NCBI GenBank assembly: GCA_012522555.1
Contig: JAAYKG010000158.1
Span: 1-55,838, forward strand
Length of the DNA: 55,838 nucleotides
Direction: 5' to 3'
Source of the DNA: Armatimonadota bacterium
GTDB lineage: Bacteria > Armatimonadota > UBA5829
The notes below the pieces were generated by a model. It was not told the DNA's origin. It ran no database searches and saw nothing but the letters and a program-made list of their open reading frames with translations. Within the stretch, counting starts at the first letter, position 1. Each line of letters opens with the position of its first letter. Of this stretch, positions 7,407-17,287 are shown in pieces. Made by a program: the position numbers and the translations under genes.

Positions 7407-8941
7407 CAGTTGTCCATTAACGCAGCCACGGCGTCGAACTGACCAACGAGGGAATTGTATAGCGATCGGTAGATGGGGTAAAATCCATCGTAGATTCGTT
7501 TGGCCGCGGGATTTGTATTTGTTTGGGATGTGACCTTGATAATCGAACGGCACGCATCGGCGACTGTGGGATATATTCCCGTTCCGACCCCTGCCAGCAG
7601 CGCGGCTCCGAGAGCAGGCCCCTCCTCCACATTTATGGTTACATGGTTTTTACCAGTTACATCAGCCTGAATCTGCCGCCAAATTTCACTCCGGGCGCCT
7701 CCACCGGAAGCTCTAATTTGCGAAATTGGGATGTTCATCTCGTCTAGTATTGTAAACGAATCTCGCAGCCCGTAAGCTACTCCCTCTAGCACCGCTCGCA
7801 TAAAATGCGGCCTGTCGCTGCGGAGGGTGATGCCGAAGAAAACTCCACGCGCATGCGGGTTTGGGTGCGGTGTGCGCTCCCCGGTAAGATACGGCAAAAA
7901 GATTAACCCTTCACTGCCCGCCGGAGCTTTCGCGGCTTCTTTGCAGATTACGTCATAAGGGTCAACTCCCAGAGCCTTAGCTATGACGGTCTCGGTGTCG
8001 GCGAAGGTATCCCGATACCATCGCAGGCTGCCCCCCGCCGAAAGCATGACACCCATCATGTGCCATTTGTTCGGCATTGCATGGCAAAACGTATGCAGGC
8101 GGAGTTTTGGGTCCACAACGGGCTTATCGGTGAATGCAAATACTACGCCGGACGTGCCGACGGCCGATGAAACAATCCCATCTTCGACCACTCCATTGCC
8201 CACCGCCCCCGCCGCCTGGTCACCTCCGCCACCTACGCCCGGAGTGCCCTCGGCAAGCCCCGTTAAAGAAGCGGCCTCGCGACTGATTTTTCCGCTGATC
8301 TCGACACTTTCATAGGAGTGCGGCATCCAATGGCTCGGAATATTGATCGCATCCAGCATCTCCCACGACCATTCGCGTCTCTTTACATCGAATAGCCCCG
8401 TCCCGCTGGCGTCCGAGACCTCAGTTGCGAACTCACCGGTCAAGCGAAATCGAATGTAATCCTTTGGGAGAAGAACTTTTTTGACTCGACTATAGACCTC
8501 CGGCTCGTGATTGCGAGTCCAAATAATTTTGCCCGCCGTGAAACCAGTCAGGATCGGATTTGAGGTCAGTTCGATTGTTCTTTCGCGGCCGACTGTATCC
8601 ATAATCCAGTCGCACTCAGCCTGTGTCCGCTGGTCACACCAGAGAATAGCTGGACGCAGCACTGAGCCGTTTTCATCGAGAAATACCGAGCCGTGCATCT
8701 GCCCGGAAAGGCCGATTCCTTTTATCTCGGCGGCATCGATTTTGGAGGCGTTCAGCACATTGGAAACGGATGCGATAACTGCCTGCCACCAGTCCCCCGG
8801 CGACTGTTCTGCCCAAAGAGGTGTCGGCGTCGATAGTTCATAAGACTCAACCGAAGACGCGACTATCTCCGCCGTGTCTGCATTCACGAGAAGTGCCTTC
8901 GCGCCGCTGGTCCCTATGTCTATTCCGAGCAAATATCGCAT
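7406..8941 (-). CDS. xylB: xylulokinase (FGGY carbohydrate kinase)
   Basis: MRYLLGIDIGTSGAKALL N-terminus, FGGY C-terminal block ASGGGARSEIWRQIQADV. Start trimmed to ATG 8939-8941 (GAGGA 5 nt upstream); TTG 8953 is the longest option. Confidence 0.85.
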   Translation of the reverse strand: MRYLLGIDIGTSGAKALLVNADTAEIVASSVESYELSTPTPLWAEQSPGDWWQAVIASVSNVLNASKIDAAEIKGIGLSGQMHGSVFLDENGSVLRPAILWCDQRTQAECDWIMDTVGRERTIELTSNPILTGFTAGKIIWTRNHEPEVYSRVKKVLLPKDYIRFRLTGEFATEVSDASGTGLFDVKRREWSWEMLDAINIPSHWMPHSYESVEISGKISREAASLTGLAEGTPGVGGGGDQAAGAVGNGVVEDGIVSSAVGTSGVVFAFTDKPVVDPKLRLHTFCHAMPNKWHMMGVMLSAGGSLRWYRDTFADTETVIAKALGVDPYDVICKEAAKAPAGSEGLIFLPYLTGERTPHPNPHARGVFFGITLRSDRPHFMRAVLEGVAYGLRDSFTILDEMNIPISQIRASGGGARSEIWRQIQADVTGKNHVTINVEEGPALGAALLAGVGTGIYPTVADACRSIIKVTSQTNTNPAAKRIYDGFYPIYRSLYNSLVGQFDAVAALMDN

Positions 8942-8954
8942 TTCCATCCTCAAT

Positions 8955-9983
8955 TTACGCGCGCCCGGCGATAGCTGGTTCGATTAGCGCGAAATAATTG
9001 TCATCCGGAACATAATACGGAATCGAGTTGCCTGATCCCAGGCCGTATCCTCCGCGACCTGCGGTTCGGTCGAGCATAGCCTGCGCCCTGGCGGTAATCT
9101 TATCGGGAGTAGATCGGCACACAAAGTCGAGATCGATGCCGCCGAGGATCGCTATCCGACTACCCCATTTCTCATAAGCCTCTTCAAGCGGACATATTTT
9201 GTCCTCAAATGAGTGCTTGGCGTCGTAGCGCATGCCGTCGATTATATCATCCATCACCGCCTCGAGGTTGCCGCAGGAATGGAGGATCACTGGTTTGTCG
9301 TGCGCGTGGATTACCTCGACAATTCTTTCGTGCCAAGGGAACACATACCGACGCATATCAGCCGGACTGAGCATAGTCTGCGCACTGAAACCCCAGTCAT
9401 CATTTGAAATGAGAGCGCCTACGGCGGGATAGCGGGCCGCTATTCTGTAATATTCGACAAGCCGAGATCCCACATCGTCAAATATCTTTTCCACGAGTTC
9501 GGGATCGTCAGCCATCATCAACGACAATCCCTGGTATCCCACAAGCTGTATCACATTTTCCAGCACCCCGCCCGGCCCACAGGCGACTATTTTCATTCCG
9601 CTCGGCAACTCCCTGCCGATCACATCAAGCCTGGAATAGTCAAACGAAGTGGGATCCGGCCAGGAATATGACTCGTAGGTGGCTCTGTCCAATATGACCG
9701 CCGATTCGTCCATAGAATGGCTTGCGAGATGCTGCATATCGCCGGCCGGAAATGTCATATTAGAAGCGTGTAACGTGACATAGTCATAGCCAGCATGCAT
9801 AAATGCTTTGACCAACATGCGATGGTGGTCGAATTCGTCAAGTTCAGCGTCCGCGGCTGTTCCAGCAAGGCGCCGGTAGAGTTCTTCGTGCAAGAAAAAC
9901 TCAAAAAGGGTCGGCCGCGACGGGACATCTCGGCGCAGTACGGCAAGCAGATTGTTAAAATCAGGATCGGTGCAGACACGCAT
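8955..9983 (-). CDS. uroporphyrinogen-decarboxylase (URO-D)/MtaA-like family protein, function unknown
   Basis: Frame of ORF 8955..10040 trimmed to ATG 9981-9983 (AGGAG 8 nt upstream). Blocks PTLFEFF, VILHSCGN, AKHSFED and ILGGIDLDF resemble the URO-D TIM-barrel family. Confidence 0.65.
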   Translation of the reverse strand: MRVCTDPDFNNLLAVLRRDVPSRPTLFEFFLHEELYRRLAGTAADAELDEFDHHRMLVKAFMHAGYDYVTLHASNMTFPAGDMQHLASHSMDESAVILDRATYESYSWPDPTSFDYSRLDVIGRELPSGMKIVACGPGGVLENVIQLVGYQGLSLMMADDPELVEKIFDDVGSRLVEYYRIAARYPAVGALISNDDWGFSAQTMLSPADMRRYVFPWHERIVEVIHAHDKPVILHSCGNLEAVMDDIIDGMRYDAKHSFEDKICPLEEAYEKWGSRIAILGGIDLDFVCRSTPDKITARAQAMLDRTAGRGGYGLGSGNSIPYYVPDDNYFALIEPAIAGRA

Positions 9984-10061
9984 TTGACTGGCTCCTGTTA
10001 GGATGAGCATGTTATACACCAAAGAGCGCGATATCCGCAATGCCGCGCAGCAGACGGAAAA

Positions 10062-10466
10062 TCAGTAGAACGTTATTTTGATCCAGTCGACTATGGTTTG
10101 GGCCACCCTAAGGTGTAATCGGGCGGATTTGCGATCGTAGTTTTGAGCAGGCACCCCACTGACAGCTTCGGGGCTTCGCGTTGCCAGAAACTCCGGATTA
10201 AGCTCGGCCGCGGCATTCATCACTTCCGTGGGCGCGTCCAAAGCGTTGCACATCTGGATAAGATTATGGCCGCGAGGAACCTTTTTCAGCTTTTGTATAC
10301 TGGCAGCTTTCAAAGCCATCTCGGCGGCCTGCTGCGCGAAAAATACGCTGGCGAAATACACACCCGCATCCAACAGCGTGACCGCCGCCGCGTAGTTCGC
10401 CCTCGCCTGCGCCCAGCACGCCTCTGCGAGCTTTCTTTGTCCCGTCCAGTTTTCTGGTTGTTCCAT
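10062..10466 (-). CDS. HEPN domain protein (solo)
   Basis: 134-aa all-helical ORF. The block FFAQQAAEMALKAASIQKLKKVPRGHNLIQMCNAL matches the HEPN (PF05168-type) core with its R-x-H-x-L motif. Confidence 0.7.
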   Translation of the reverse strand: MEQPENWTGQRKLAEACWAQARANYAAAVTLLDAGVYFASVFFAQQAAEMALKAASIQKLKKVPRGHNLIQMCNALDAPTEVMNAAAELNPEFLATRSPEAVSGVPAQNYDRKSARLHLRVAQTIVDWIKITFY

Positions 10467-10588
10467 AGAATTGCTCAGAATCAGCCGATGTTACAGCAGT
10501 TCTTACCCGAATGCCCGGCTTTTTACTTCGATATTGAAATACCCGCCTGGCGTCCGGCTCAACCGCCTCAACTGCACAAAAAGTATAT

Positions 10589-11476
10589 TTAGCGTAACGA
10601 AAGAGCGGCGACTCTGCTCCGCAGCAGATTCTCGAATTTAACCGAATCTACTTCCACACACACATCAAGCGGCCCGCTCTCATCGGAAACAAACGCGATT
10701 TTGCCGTCGCCCAGCGCCTGAGCAGACATTTTTCGCACACTAACCAGACTCGGATCGACCTCCGTAGCGATGGCTAATGGGTCGTGCATAAATGTTTTCT
10801 CACGATTCCACAACCTGTAAACCTGCTCCGTCATCGCCGACAGGTAGCCGCCAAATGGCGTATTTTTTATCCCAGCCAGGTCGCTTCGACGAATCACTAC
10901 CTTGCCCGTCACATTAAGGCCGACCATTGTGGCCGGAATCCCGGATTCCAGCACGATTTTCGCTGCGTCCGGGTCACATCTGATATTGTGCTCCACCCCG
11001 GCGTTCTGTGCCCCATCGCCCTGATACGTTGAACCCATTACCGTAAGCCGCCGAACCTTTCGCATAGTTGCCGGATCACGAGAGATCGCTGCGGCGATAT
11101 TGGTCAGTGGGCCAATCGGCGCGACTACAACTTCGCTCGGATATTTGTCGATCGTGTCAAGAATGAAATCAACCGCATTATCCTTTGCCGACAGATCAGT
11201 AATATCGGAAAAATCGGTCTCGGTTCCCTCAAATCCTGCCCAGTGGCAGGCCCGATCGGGGGTCATCGGCTGTGAAATCCCTTTATAGACGGGAACTTCG
11301 ACGCGACGCGCTAACTTAAGCATTTTCAGAGCAATCCTGGCGCGAACGTCCAGATCGGCATGCACCAAAGTCACCCCCAACAGGTCGATCTCAGGGGACG
11401 CCAGACACAGAGCAAGCGCCCATGCATCATCAACGTCGGAACCTATATCGGTGTCGAGGATCAACTTAGTCGCCAC
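10589..11476 (-). CDS. nucleoside hydrolase (inosine/uridine-preferring family)
   Basis: Frame of ORF 10589..11545 trimmed to GTG 11474-11476 (AAGGAGAG upstream), which avoids overlap with serS. N-terminal aspartate cluster LILDTDIGSDVDDAWAL. Confidence 0.8.
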   Translation of the reverse strand: MATKLILDTDIGSDVDDAWALALCLASPEIDLLGVTLVHADLDVRARIALKMLKLARRVEVPVYKGISQPMTPDRACHWAGFEGTETDFSDITDLSAKDNAVDFILDTIDKYPSEVVVAPIGPLTNIAAAISRDPATMRKVRRLTVMGSTYQGDGAQNAGVEHNIRCDPDAAKIVLESGIPATMVGLNVTGKVVIRRSDLAGIKNTPFGGYLSAMTEQVYRLWNREKTFMHDPLAIATEVDPSLVSVRKMSAQALGDGKIAFVSDESGPLDVCVEVDSVKFENLLRSRVAALSLR

Positions 11477-11492
11477 GGCACTCTCCTTAAAA

Positions 11493-12767
11493 TCAGCTGA
11501 TAATATCGGTGCCGAGATACGGCCGCAGCGCTTCGGGAACCACAATCGTGCCGTCGCTTTGCTGATATGTTTCGAGGAGCGCGACCACCAATCTGGGCAA
11601 TGCGACCCCGGAACCGTTCAACGTGTGCAAAAACTCGGGCTTAGCCCCCGGCTCCGGGCGATACCGGATATTAGCTCTTCGTGCCTGGAAATCCTCGAAA
11701 TTCGAACAGCTCGAAACTTCAAGCCACTGATCCACACCAGGAGCATATATCTCGATGTCGTAGCATTTAGCCGCACAAAAGCTCAAATCACCAGTGCATA
11801 GCAGCACCACGCGATATGGGATATTCAGCTTTTGCAGAATCGCTTCGGCGTTCGCCAGCAGCCTCTCATGTTCGTCGTAAGAAGTCTCCGGAGCGACAAA
11901 CTTGACCATCTCGACCTTGTTGAACTGATGAACCCGCAGCAGACCTCGCGTGTCCTTGCCTGCCGAACCCGCCTCTCTTCGGAAGCAAGCCGTGAATGCG
12001 GTCAGATACTGCGGTAAATCCGATGCGTTCAATATCTCGTCCATATAGATATTGGTCACCGGGACCTCCGCCGTAGGGTCGAGATACAGATCGTCATCCT
12101 TATCGGTGTGATACATATCCTCGTCGAATTTCGGCAACTGGCCAGTGCCCACCATCGCGCGGCGATTGACTAAAAACGGAGGAAACACCTCGCGATATCC
12201 GTGTTCGGTTGTGTGAACATCAAGCATCCAGTTGAACAGTGACCGCTCCAGCCTGGCCCCCAAACCCTTATACAATATAAACCCGCTGCCCGCGATCTTG
12301 CTGCCGCGTTCGAAGTCGATAATATCAAGAGAAGAGGCGAGTTCCCAATGTGGAACCGGCTCAAAATCGAATGTTCTTGGCTCGCCCCAGGATCTGACCG
12401 TCACGTTGTCCGACTCGTCTTTGCCGACAGGCACGCTGGAGTGCGGGATGTTGGGCATATTGTATGCAATATCGGAAATTCGAGACTCGATCTCCGCGAC
12501 CTCAGAATCCATCTGCTTGATGCGAGACCCAACCTCCCGCATACGCGTTATCTCCGCAGTTGCGTCGAGTTTGGATTTTTTCATCTGCGCTATTTGTTCG
12601 GAGACACTGTTGCGCTCGGCTTTGAGAGCTTCGACCTCCCATAACGCCTTGCGACGCTGCTCATCGAGGTCGAGGAACAAATCGAGAACGTCCGTATCCG
12701 AATTTCGGTTTATAAGCGCCTGCCGAACTTTATCCGGCTCGCTTCGAATTAGTTTTGTGTCAAGCAT
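11493..12767 (-). CDS. serS: seryl-tRNA synthetase
   Basis: 424-aa ORF with an N-terminal coiled-coil arm ([18 protein letters not shown]...). Class II aaRS motifs [21 protein letters not shown] and GSGVALPR are present. Confidence 0.95.
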   Translation of the reverse strand: MLDTKLIRSEPDKVRQALINRNSDTDVLDLFLDLDEQRRKALWEVEALKAERNSVSEQIAQMKKSKLDATAEITRMREVGSRIKQMDSEVAEIESRISDIAYNMPNIPHSSVPVGKDESDNVTVRSWGEPRTFDFEPVPHWELASSLDIIDFERGSKIAGSGFILYKGLGARLERSLFNWMLDVHTTEHGYREVFPPFLVNRRAMVGTGQLPKFDEDMYHTDKDDDLYLDPTAEVPVTNIYMDEILNASDLPQYLTAFTACFRREAGSAGKDTRGLLRVHQFNKVEMVKFVAPETSYDEHERLLANAEAILQKLNIPYRVVLLCTGDLSFCAAKCYDIEIYAPGVDQWLEVSSCSNFEDFQARRANIRYRPEPGAKPEFLHTLNGSGVALPRLVVALLETYQQSDGTIVVPEALRPYLGTDIIS

Positions 12768-12853
12768 AGGGAGATCGCTCCATCAATCGAACGTAATATA
12801 GGACGTATCGGAGATGACAAAGCCACCCCCGATACGTTTGAAAACTATTGCGT

Positions 12854-14221
12854 TTAGCTTCTGATTTCTTTGAGCAGTTCTTCGACCTTCTCATCCATCT
12901 TAGCCCTGGTCTTGGCCTCGAGGTTCAGTCTGATGAGCGGCTCGGTGTTGGATGGGCGGACGTTGAACCACCAATCCTCAAACTCGGCTTTGTATCCGTC
13001 AATTTCAGTGATGCGCTTGGCCTGGGCGCCATATTTATCCTTCAGCCGCAGCAGCACCGCGGGAATGTCTTTGACCTCGGAGTTGATCTCTCCGGAATGA
13101 AAATAACGATGCAGCGGGGCTACTATCTCAGACATCGGCCGACCATCGGCAAGCAGCATCTTGATGATGTTGAGCATAGCCAAATCGCCATTGTCGGTCG
13201 TGTAGAAATCGCTGAAATAGTAGTGACTGGACAACTCCCCAGCGAAGTATCCGCCCTCCTCACGCATCTGTTTTTTGATCAAACCATGCCCGACCCGGCA
13301 TTCGATAGCCTTTCCGCCGGCTTTCTCGATCTCTTCAGGCACGATCCAACTCGAACGCAGATCATAGAGGATCTCCGCACCAGGCTTCTTTTTCAGCATG
13401 GCTCGAGCGATCAGCGCGGTGACGAAATCCCCGGGGATAATCGCGCCCTTCTCATCGGTGAATGCAACCCTGTCACCGTCGCCATCGAACGCCACACCCA
13501 GATCAGCCTTTTCATCAACCACCCGATCGCGCAGCGCCAGCATCGTTTCGGTCTTCAGCGGATTAGCTTCATGGTTGGGGAAGCTGCCATCCAATCGCCA
13601 GTAGAGACGCACGGGATCATTTCCGACTTTCGAGCACAGTGTGGGTAGAATATGACCACCCATCCCGTTGGCGCAGTCGATGACGAGCTTAAGTCCCTCG
13701 AAATCGTGTATGTCGGCGTTGTTCAAAACTGCGACGCAGTATGCATCCAGAACATCGACCTTTTCGTGCAGCGTGCCCTTCTTCTCCGGCTCTTCAAAAT
13801 TGCCCTCACAGGATTTTTTGTAGAGCGTTTCGTTGTCGACCAGCGCAATACTCGGAATCGCACCCGGGCCTGTCATCTTGTAGCCGTTATATTCGGCGGG
13901 GTTATGAGATGCGCTGCACTGCACCCCCGCATCCCCGTTAAGATGGTTTACTGCAAAATAATACATCGGCGTGGAAGCAAGCCCAATCGGCACTACGTCC
14001 GCGCCCTGGTCGATAAGCCCGCGAATAGTTGCCCCCGCAAACTGATCCGCGGATTCCCTCATATCGTGGCCCACAACCACTCGTTTGCATTTTATAATTG
14101 ACACATAAGCGCGCGCGATTCTGTATGCGGCGTCGTCATCGATCTCCTGCGGGTATAGGCCGCGAATATCGTATGCCTTAAATATATTCTTGTTGATCTC
14201 CCTGAACCCCAGTTGCATCAA
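12854..14221 (-). CDS. phosphomannomutase/phosphoglucomutase
   Basis: 455-aa ORF with the active-site serine loop SASHNPAEYNGYK, the Mg loop AFDGDGDR and the N-terminal FKAYDIRG. Confidence 0.9.
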   Translation of the reverse strand: MMQLGFREINKNIFKAYDIRGLYPQEIDDDAAYRIARAYVSIIKCKRVVVGHDMRESADQFAGATIRGLIDQGADVVPIGLASTPMYYFAVNHLNGDAGVQCSASHNPAEYNGYKMTGPGAIPSIALVDNETLYKKSCEGNFEEPEKKGTLHEKVDVLDAYCVAVLNNADIHDFEGLKLVIDCANGMGGHILPTLCSKVGNDPVRLYWRLDGSFPNHEANPLKTETMLALRDRVVDEKADLGVAFDGDGDRVAFTDEKGAIIPGDFVTALIARAMLKKKPGAEILYDLRSSWIVPEEIEKAGGKAIECRVGHGLIKKQMREEGGYFAGELSSHYYFSDFYTTDNGDLAMLNIIKMLLADGRPMSEIVAPLHRYFHSGEINSEVKDIPAVLLRLKDKYGAQAKRITEIDGYKAEFEDWWFNVRPSNTEPLIRLNLEAKTRAKMDEKVEELLKEIRS

Positions 14222-14268
14222 ACCACCTCCTGTTATCCATAACCAGAAGATTATACCACAATGGCAAA

Positions 14269-14296
14269 GGGGCAGCAGAACACAGTCCGCCGCCCC
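14269..14296 (-). terminator. rho-independent terminator candidate after the 14314..15534 gene
   Basis: Minus-strand RNA GGGGCGGC-N12-GCUGCCCC (8 bp including one G.U), followed directly by UUUGCCAUU. Confidence 0.5.
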
Positions 14297-14313
14297 TATT
14301 ATTGCAACATTTC

Positions 14314-15534
14314 TTATATCCGAGTTGCAGGTAGCAAGAAGAGTCGGCCTTCGCCGCTGTCGAGTGACAGTTGCAGGCCGGGGGTGTCCGGAGAGTCGTC
14401 CATGACGATTTTTTCCTTGCCGTTGGATTGGTCTACCTCTACGACTTTGTCATCAGGCAGGTCGAACTTAACCGTCGGCCACATACCGTAGTTAGCGTCG
14501 TAGTTGCACAGCAGCACCGCCCGGCGGCCATCGGAGTGCTTGAATACGCCGACCAAATAGTCTCCATCGGAAATGCTCTTGATCGGGGTGCCTTTCAGGG
14601 CCTCGGTGGAATCCTCACCCGGCTTTATGCGGATCACGTCGATGCTGGTCAACTGCATCAGCGTCGGGCCAAGATTGCCAATAGCTTTGTTGATGCGTTT
14701 TGCCTGTTCGTAGTGGCGCGTTTTGTGACCCTCGGCGGTTATAATCGCGCCGCCTTTCGGGAATTCAGGGCTTCTCGGAGTCCAATAACAGAAGTACAGA
14801 ACACCCTTTGCGCCGTAAGCCAAGGAAGCATATATCTGCCATCTCAGGTGCGATTCCGTGGGATCATTATGCGGGCCGAACGGCATAGTATTGAAGAAAT
14901 TCCAGAACGGAATATTTTGCTGCAGTGCGTATTTTCGCATAACGTCAAGATTGCCGCAATAACCGTCGCGACCGTCGGCGGTCGGTGTCAACATCGGATA
15001 ATAATCCATGCACAGTACGTCGCAGGTGGTCTCCTCGGCGAAGCGCTTGATGTATTCATCGTAACTTGAAGTGCCCAGCACGGATAACGGAGCATAATCA
15101 GGATTCAGATTAAAATATGCCAGCTTGCCCGGGCGCAGCTTACGAAGCTCCTCGATGCGGGTTTTTATACTGGGAATCGCACCTGCACCTGGCTCGTCCA
15201 CAATATAATAGCCCCAGCATTCAGGGGTGTTCGGCAGATTTTTCGAGTTGGTCAAATCACGAACAATAGCCGTCATACCATACTTCTTGCACAGCGCCAA
15301 CTGCTTCTTTACATCGCTCTCGGTCTTAGGCCCAAACGCGCCCAAGACAAACGTGAACCCGGCGTCGGCGATTTCTTTATATCGAGCATCGGTGATCTGA
15401 TCCGCAGGCGGATCGACCCAGAAACCAATGGCGAATCGATCCTGCACAAAACGGCCATCCGACTCAGCAGCCATCGACACGCCCACTCCCGCCAGAATAA
15501 GTCCGGCGATCGCAATAAGCACAATCATTCTCAT
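14314..15534 (-). CDS. secreted glycoside-hydrolase-like protein (TIM-barrel type, family uncertain)
   Basis: Frame of ORF 14314..15711 trimmed to ATG 15532-15534 (MRMIVLIAIAGLILAGVGVSMAA signal peptide); the longer form would overlap the NlpC/P60 gene. The functional call is weak and rests on general resemblance only. Confidence 0.5.
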   Translation of the reverse strand: MRMIVLIAIAGLILAGVGVSMAAESDGRFVQDRFAIGFWVDPPADQITDARYKEIADAGFTFVLGAFGPKTESDVKKQLALCKKYGMTAIVRDLTNSKNLPNTPECWGYYIVDEPGAGAIPSIKTRIEELRKLRPGKLAYFNLNPDYAPLSVLGTSSYDEYIKRFAEETTCDVLCMDYYPMLTPTADGRDGYCGNLDVMRKYALQQNIPFWNFFNTMPFGPHNDPTESHLRWQIYASLAYGAKGVLYFCYWTPRSPEFPKGGAIITAEGHKTRHYEQAKRINKAIGNLGPTLMQLTSIDVIRIKPGEDSTEALKGTPIKSISDGDYLVGVFKHSDGRRAVLLCNYDANYGMWPTVKFDLPDDKVVEVDQSNGKEKIVMDDSPDTPGLQLSLDSGEGRLFLLPATRI

Positions 15535-15562
15535 AAAATCCTCATTTCCTCTGTCTATTCGA

Positions 15563-16453
15563 TCAGTCTTCCGGCGCGCCTCCACCGACATCGAGCGTCT
15601 CATACCGCATCCTGCGCGCTCCCCAATATCTGTTGTAGTAACGCGACGTCGGGTCGTCGAATCGCGTAACCTGCACTCCGCCAGCCCCGCCGGAGTGGAT
15701 AAACCAGTCATTGTCCATCGCTATCCCGATATGTGTCACCGCGGATAGATCCGGATCCGGAGCCTTGCCAAAAAACACCAGATCCCCCGTGCGGACGTCT
15801 TCCCGGCTGATACGTTGACACCGCGGATCCCCTGCCTGCATATGAGCATCTCGGAGCAGGGTTATGCCGTGGATGCGGTGGACTAGCTGCACAAATCCTG
15901 AACAGTCGATGCCAAACGGGGAAGTTCCTCCCCACAGGTATGGCACTCCTATGAACCGGCCGGCAGTCTCCAGAAGCTTATCCGGATCAGGCAGCCAAAT
16001 AGTCTGCGCGAGCTGCTTGTCGACTAGTTTCGCATCTCGTTTGCAAACATAGCCGGTGCGCAGATCGGGGAGCTTCAGCTCCACCCAATCGTCTGTTGAA
16101 TCGACGATTTCCAGCTCGGCGCTAATGGTAGCTTTGGTCAGAATCGTGGATTGAGCGTGTGGCTTTTCGTGGATATCGGCCCACAAGGCTCGAATAACGG
16201 CGACCGGGCCGGTGGACGCGTAGGCCGGAGAGGATTGGTCGTCGAATAATCTAACATTTTGGCTGGGAACCCACCCGCGATAGGTATCCCACGTCTGAAC
16301 GTAATACCAGTCTTTTTGTCCGCCTTCGGCTATTATTGGCTGGCCGATAAGCGCCTGGGTCACGCACTCCGTATCGGAGTCAGCGGAGGCGCGGAGAGAG
16401 ACAACATTTGAAACAACTACACCGAGTTGGCCGGCGGCGGTTTTTCTGGTCAT
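15563..16453 (-). CDS. NlpC/P60 (C40) cell-wall peptidase with N-terminal SH3-like domains
   Basis: Catalytic block GVPYLWGGTSPFGIDCSGFVQLV, then THIGIAM. Two SH3b-like repeats (WYYVQTWDTYRGWVPSQNV, WVELKLPDLRTGYV). Start trimmed to ATG 16451-16453 (GAGGA 5 nt upstream). Confidence 0.85.
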   Translation of the reverse strand: MTRKTAAGQLGVVVSNVVSLRASADSDTECVTQALIGQPIIAEGGQKDWYYVQTWDTYRGWVPSQNVRLFDDQSSPAYASTGPVAVIRALWADIHEKPHAQSTILTKATISAELEIVDSTDDWVELKLPDLRTGYVCKRDAKLVDKQLAQTIWLPDPDKLLETAGRFIGVPYLWGGTSPFGIDCSGFVQLVHRIHGITLLRDAHMQAGDPRCQRISREDVRTGDLVFFGKAPDPDLSAVTHIGIAMDNDWFIHSGGAGGVQVTRFDDPTSRYYNRYWGARRMRYETLDVGGGAPED

Positions 16454-16561
16454 TGTTTTCCTCGCAGATCGAACATGAGATGTCACGGCTATTGTAGCAG
16501 CTTACCTTCGCTAATGGAACACCTCATCTGCGACAAAAAGGAGTCGACGATTTTGAGGGCT

Positions 16562-17206
16562 TCAAGAAAGAAAGGCTTCGGAAATCCAACATACCAGATC
16601 GGCGGCGGCTTTCCCGCTCATGACCTGCGAATAGATGATCGTTCTGGTCGAGTGAGGGTTTGAGCGGGCGGCTATTTTAAGAAGGTTATCTGTTCGTCGC
16701 TTTCGATCATCTTCCGAAAACATCAGCAGTGTGGGTTTATCAGCCATCCAGCGTAAGCAGCATTGCGATATATCAGTGGGAGATATTGCCGCTACCCCAC
16801 GAGCCGTACGACAAATGGACCCAGCGGCCAAAGCGACCGCACCTCCAAATGACCACCCGGCCAAGACCACATCAGTAACGCCCTCATCATCGAGATACTG
16901 GCACAACAGAAGCGCATCAATAGCACACTGGGCGCAGTCTCCGGGGACTCGATATTCCACACGCCCCGAACCTATCCCCAATGCCACCAGAGCATCGTCC
17001 ACAGATTGAAATTGTCTATCAAAGCGAGCGTCGAAATCATCGCCGAGCAGAATTACCGCTTTTCGCGTGCCGTTTTCCAGTCGACAATGCGCAATCATAT
17101 CGCCACGATTGGTGGAGAAAACAATCCGAGTGCGGCCGGCAGAAACCATCTGTTCTCGGACTTCTATCAAATATATATGATCGTCACGACAGCGGGTGAC
17201 TGGCAT
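16562..17206 (-). CDS. alpha/beta-hydrolase fold protein
   Basis: 214-aa ORF with the nucleophile elbow GWSFGG. Substrate unknown. Confidence 0.6.
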   Translation of the reverse strand: MPVTRCRDDHIYLIEVREQMVSAGRTRIVFSTNRGDMIAHCRLENGTRKAVILLGDDFDARFDRQFQSVDDALVALGIGSGRVEYRVPGDCAQCAIDALLLCQYLDDEGVTDVVLAGWSFGGAVALAAGSICRTARGVAAISPTDISQCCLRWMADKPTLLMFSEDDRKRRTDNLLKIAARSNPHSTRTIIYSQVMSGKAAADLVCWISEAFLS

Positions 17207-17287
17207 ATAGTATCCATCCTCGATAAGTCTTCGTGAAAATACCCCTTCTATTTGGCGACGAAACCGAGGATGAAAAGTTCGTTCGGA

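Noticed and set aside
7407-7553. Long N-terminal extensions offered by the ORF track (ROK 7553, murG 54069, GH-like 15711, nucleoside hydrolase 11545, PHP 19107, URO-D 10040)
   Set aside because: Each extension overlaps the upstream gene by 50-220 nt and lacks an RBS. In every case an internal start with an RBS or a coupled stop/start gives the family-typical N-terminus.
10467-10588. Missing MNT antitoxin upstream of the HEPN gene
   Set aside because: The gap is only 122 nt, with no open frame of useful length on either strand.
12768-12853. T-box leader upstream of serS, and the hairpin CGTATCGG-N17-CCGATACG at 12804..12836
   Set aside because: An 86-nt gap is too short for a T-box riboswitch. 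The hairpin has a short stem, a large loop and no convincing U-tract on the relevant strand, so I did not list it as a feature.
12848-13648. 266-aa plus-strand ORF
   Set aside because: It is antisense to the phosphomannomutase gene, whose active-site motifs are unambiguous. I treat it as a shadow ORF.
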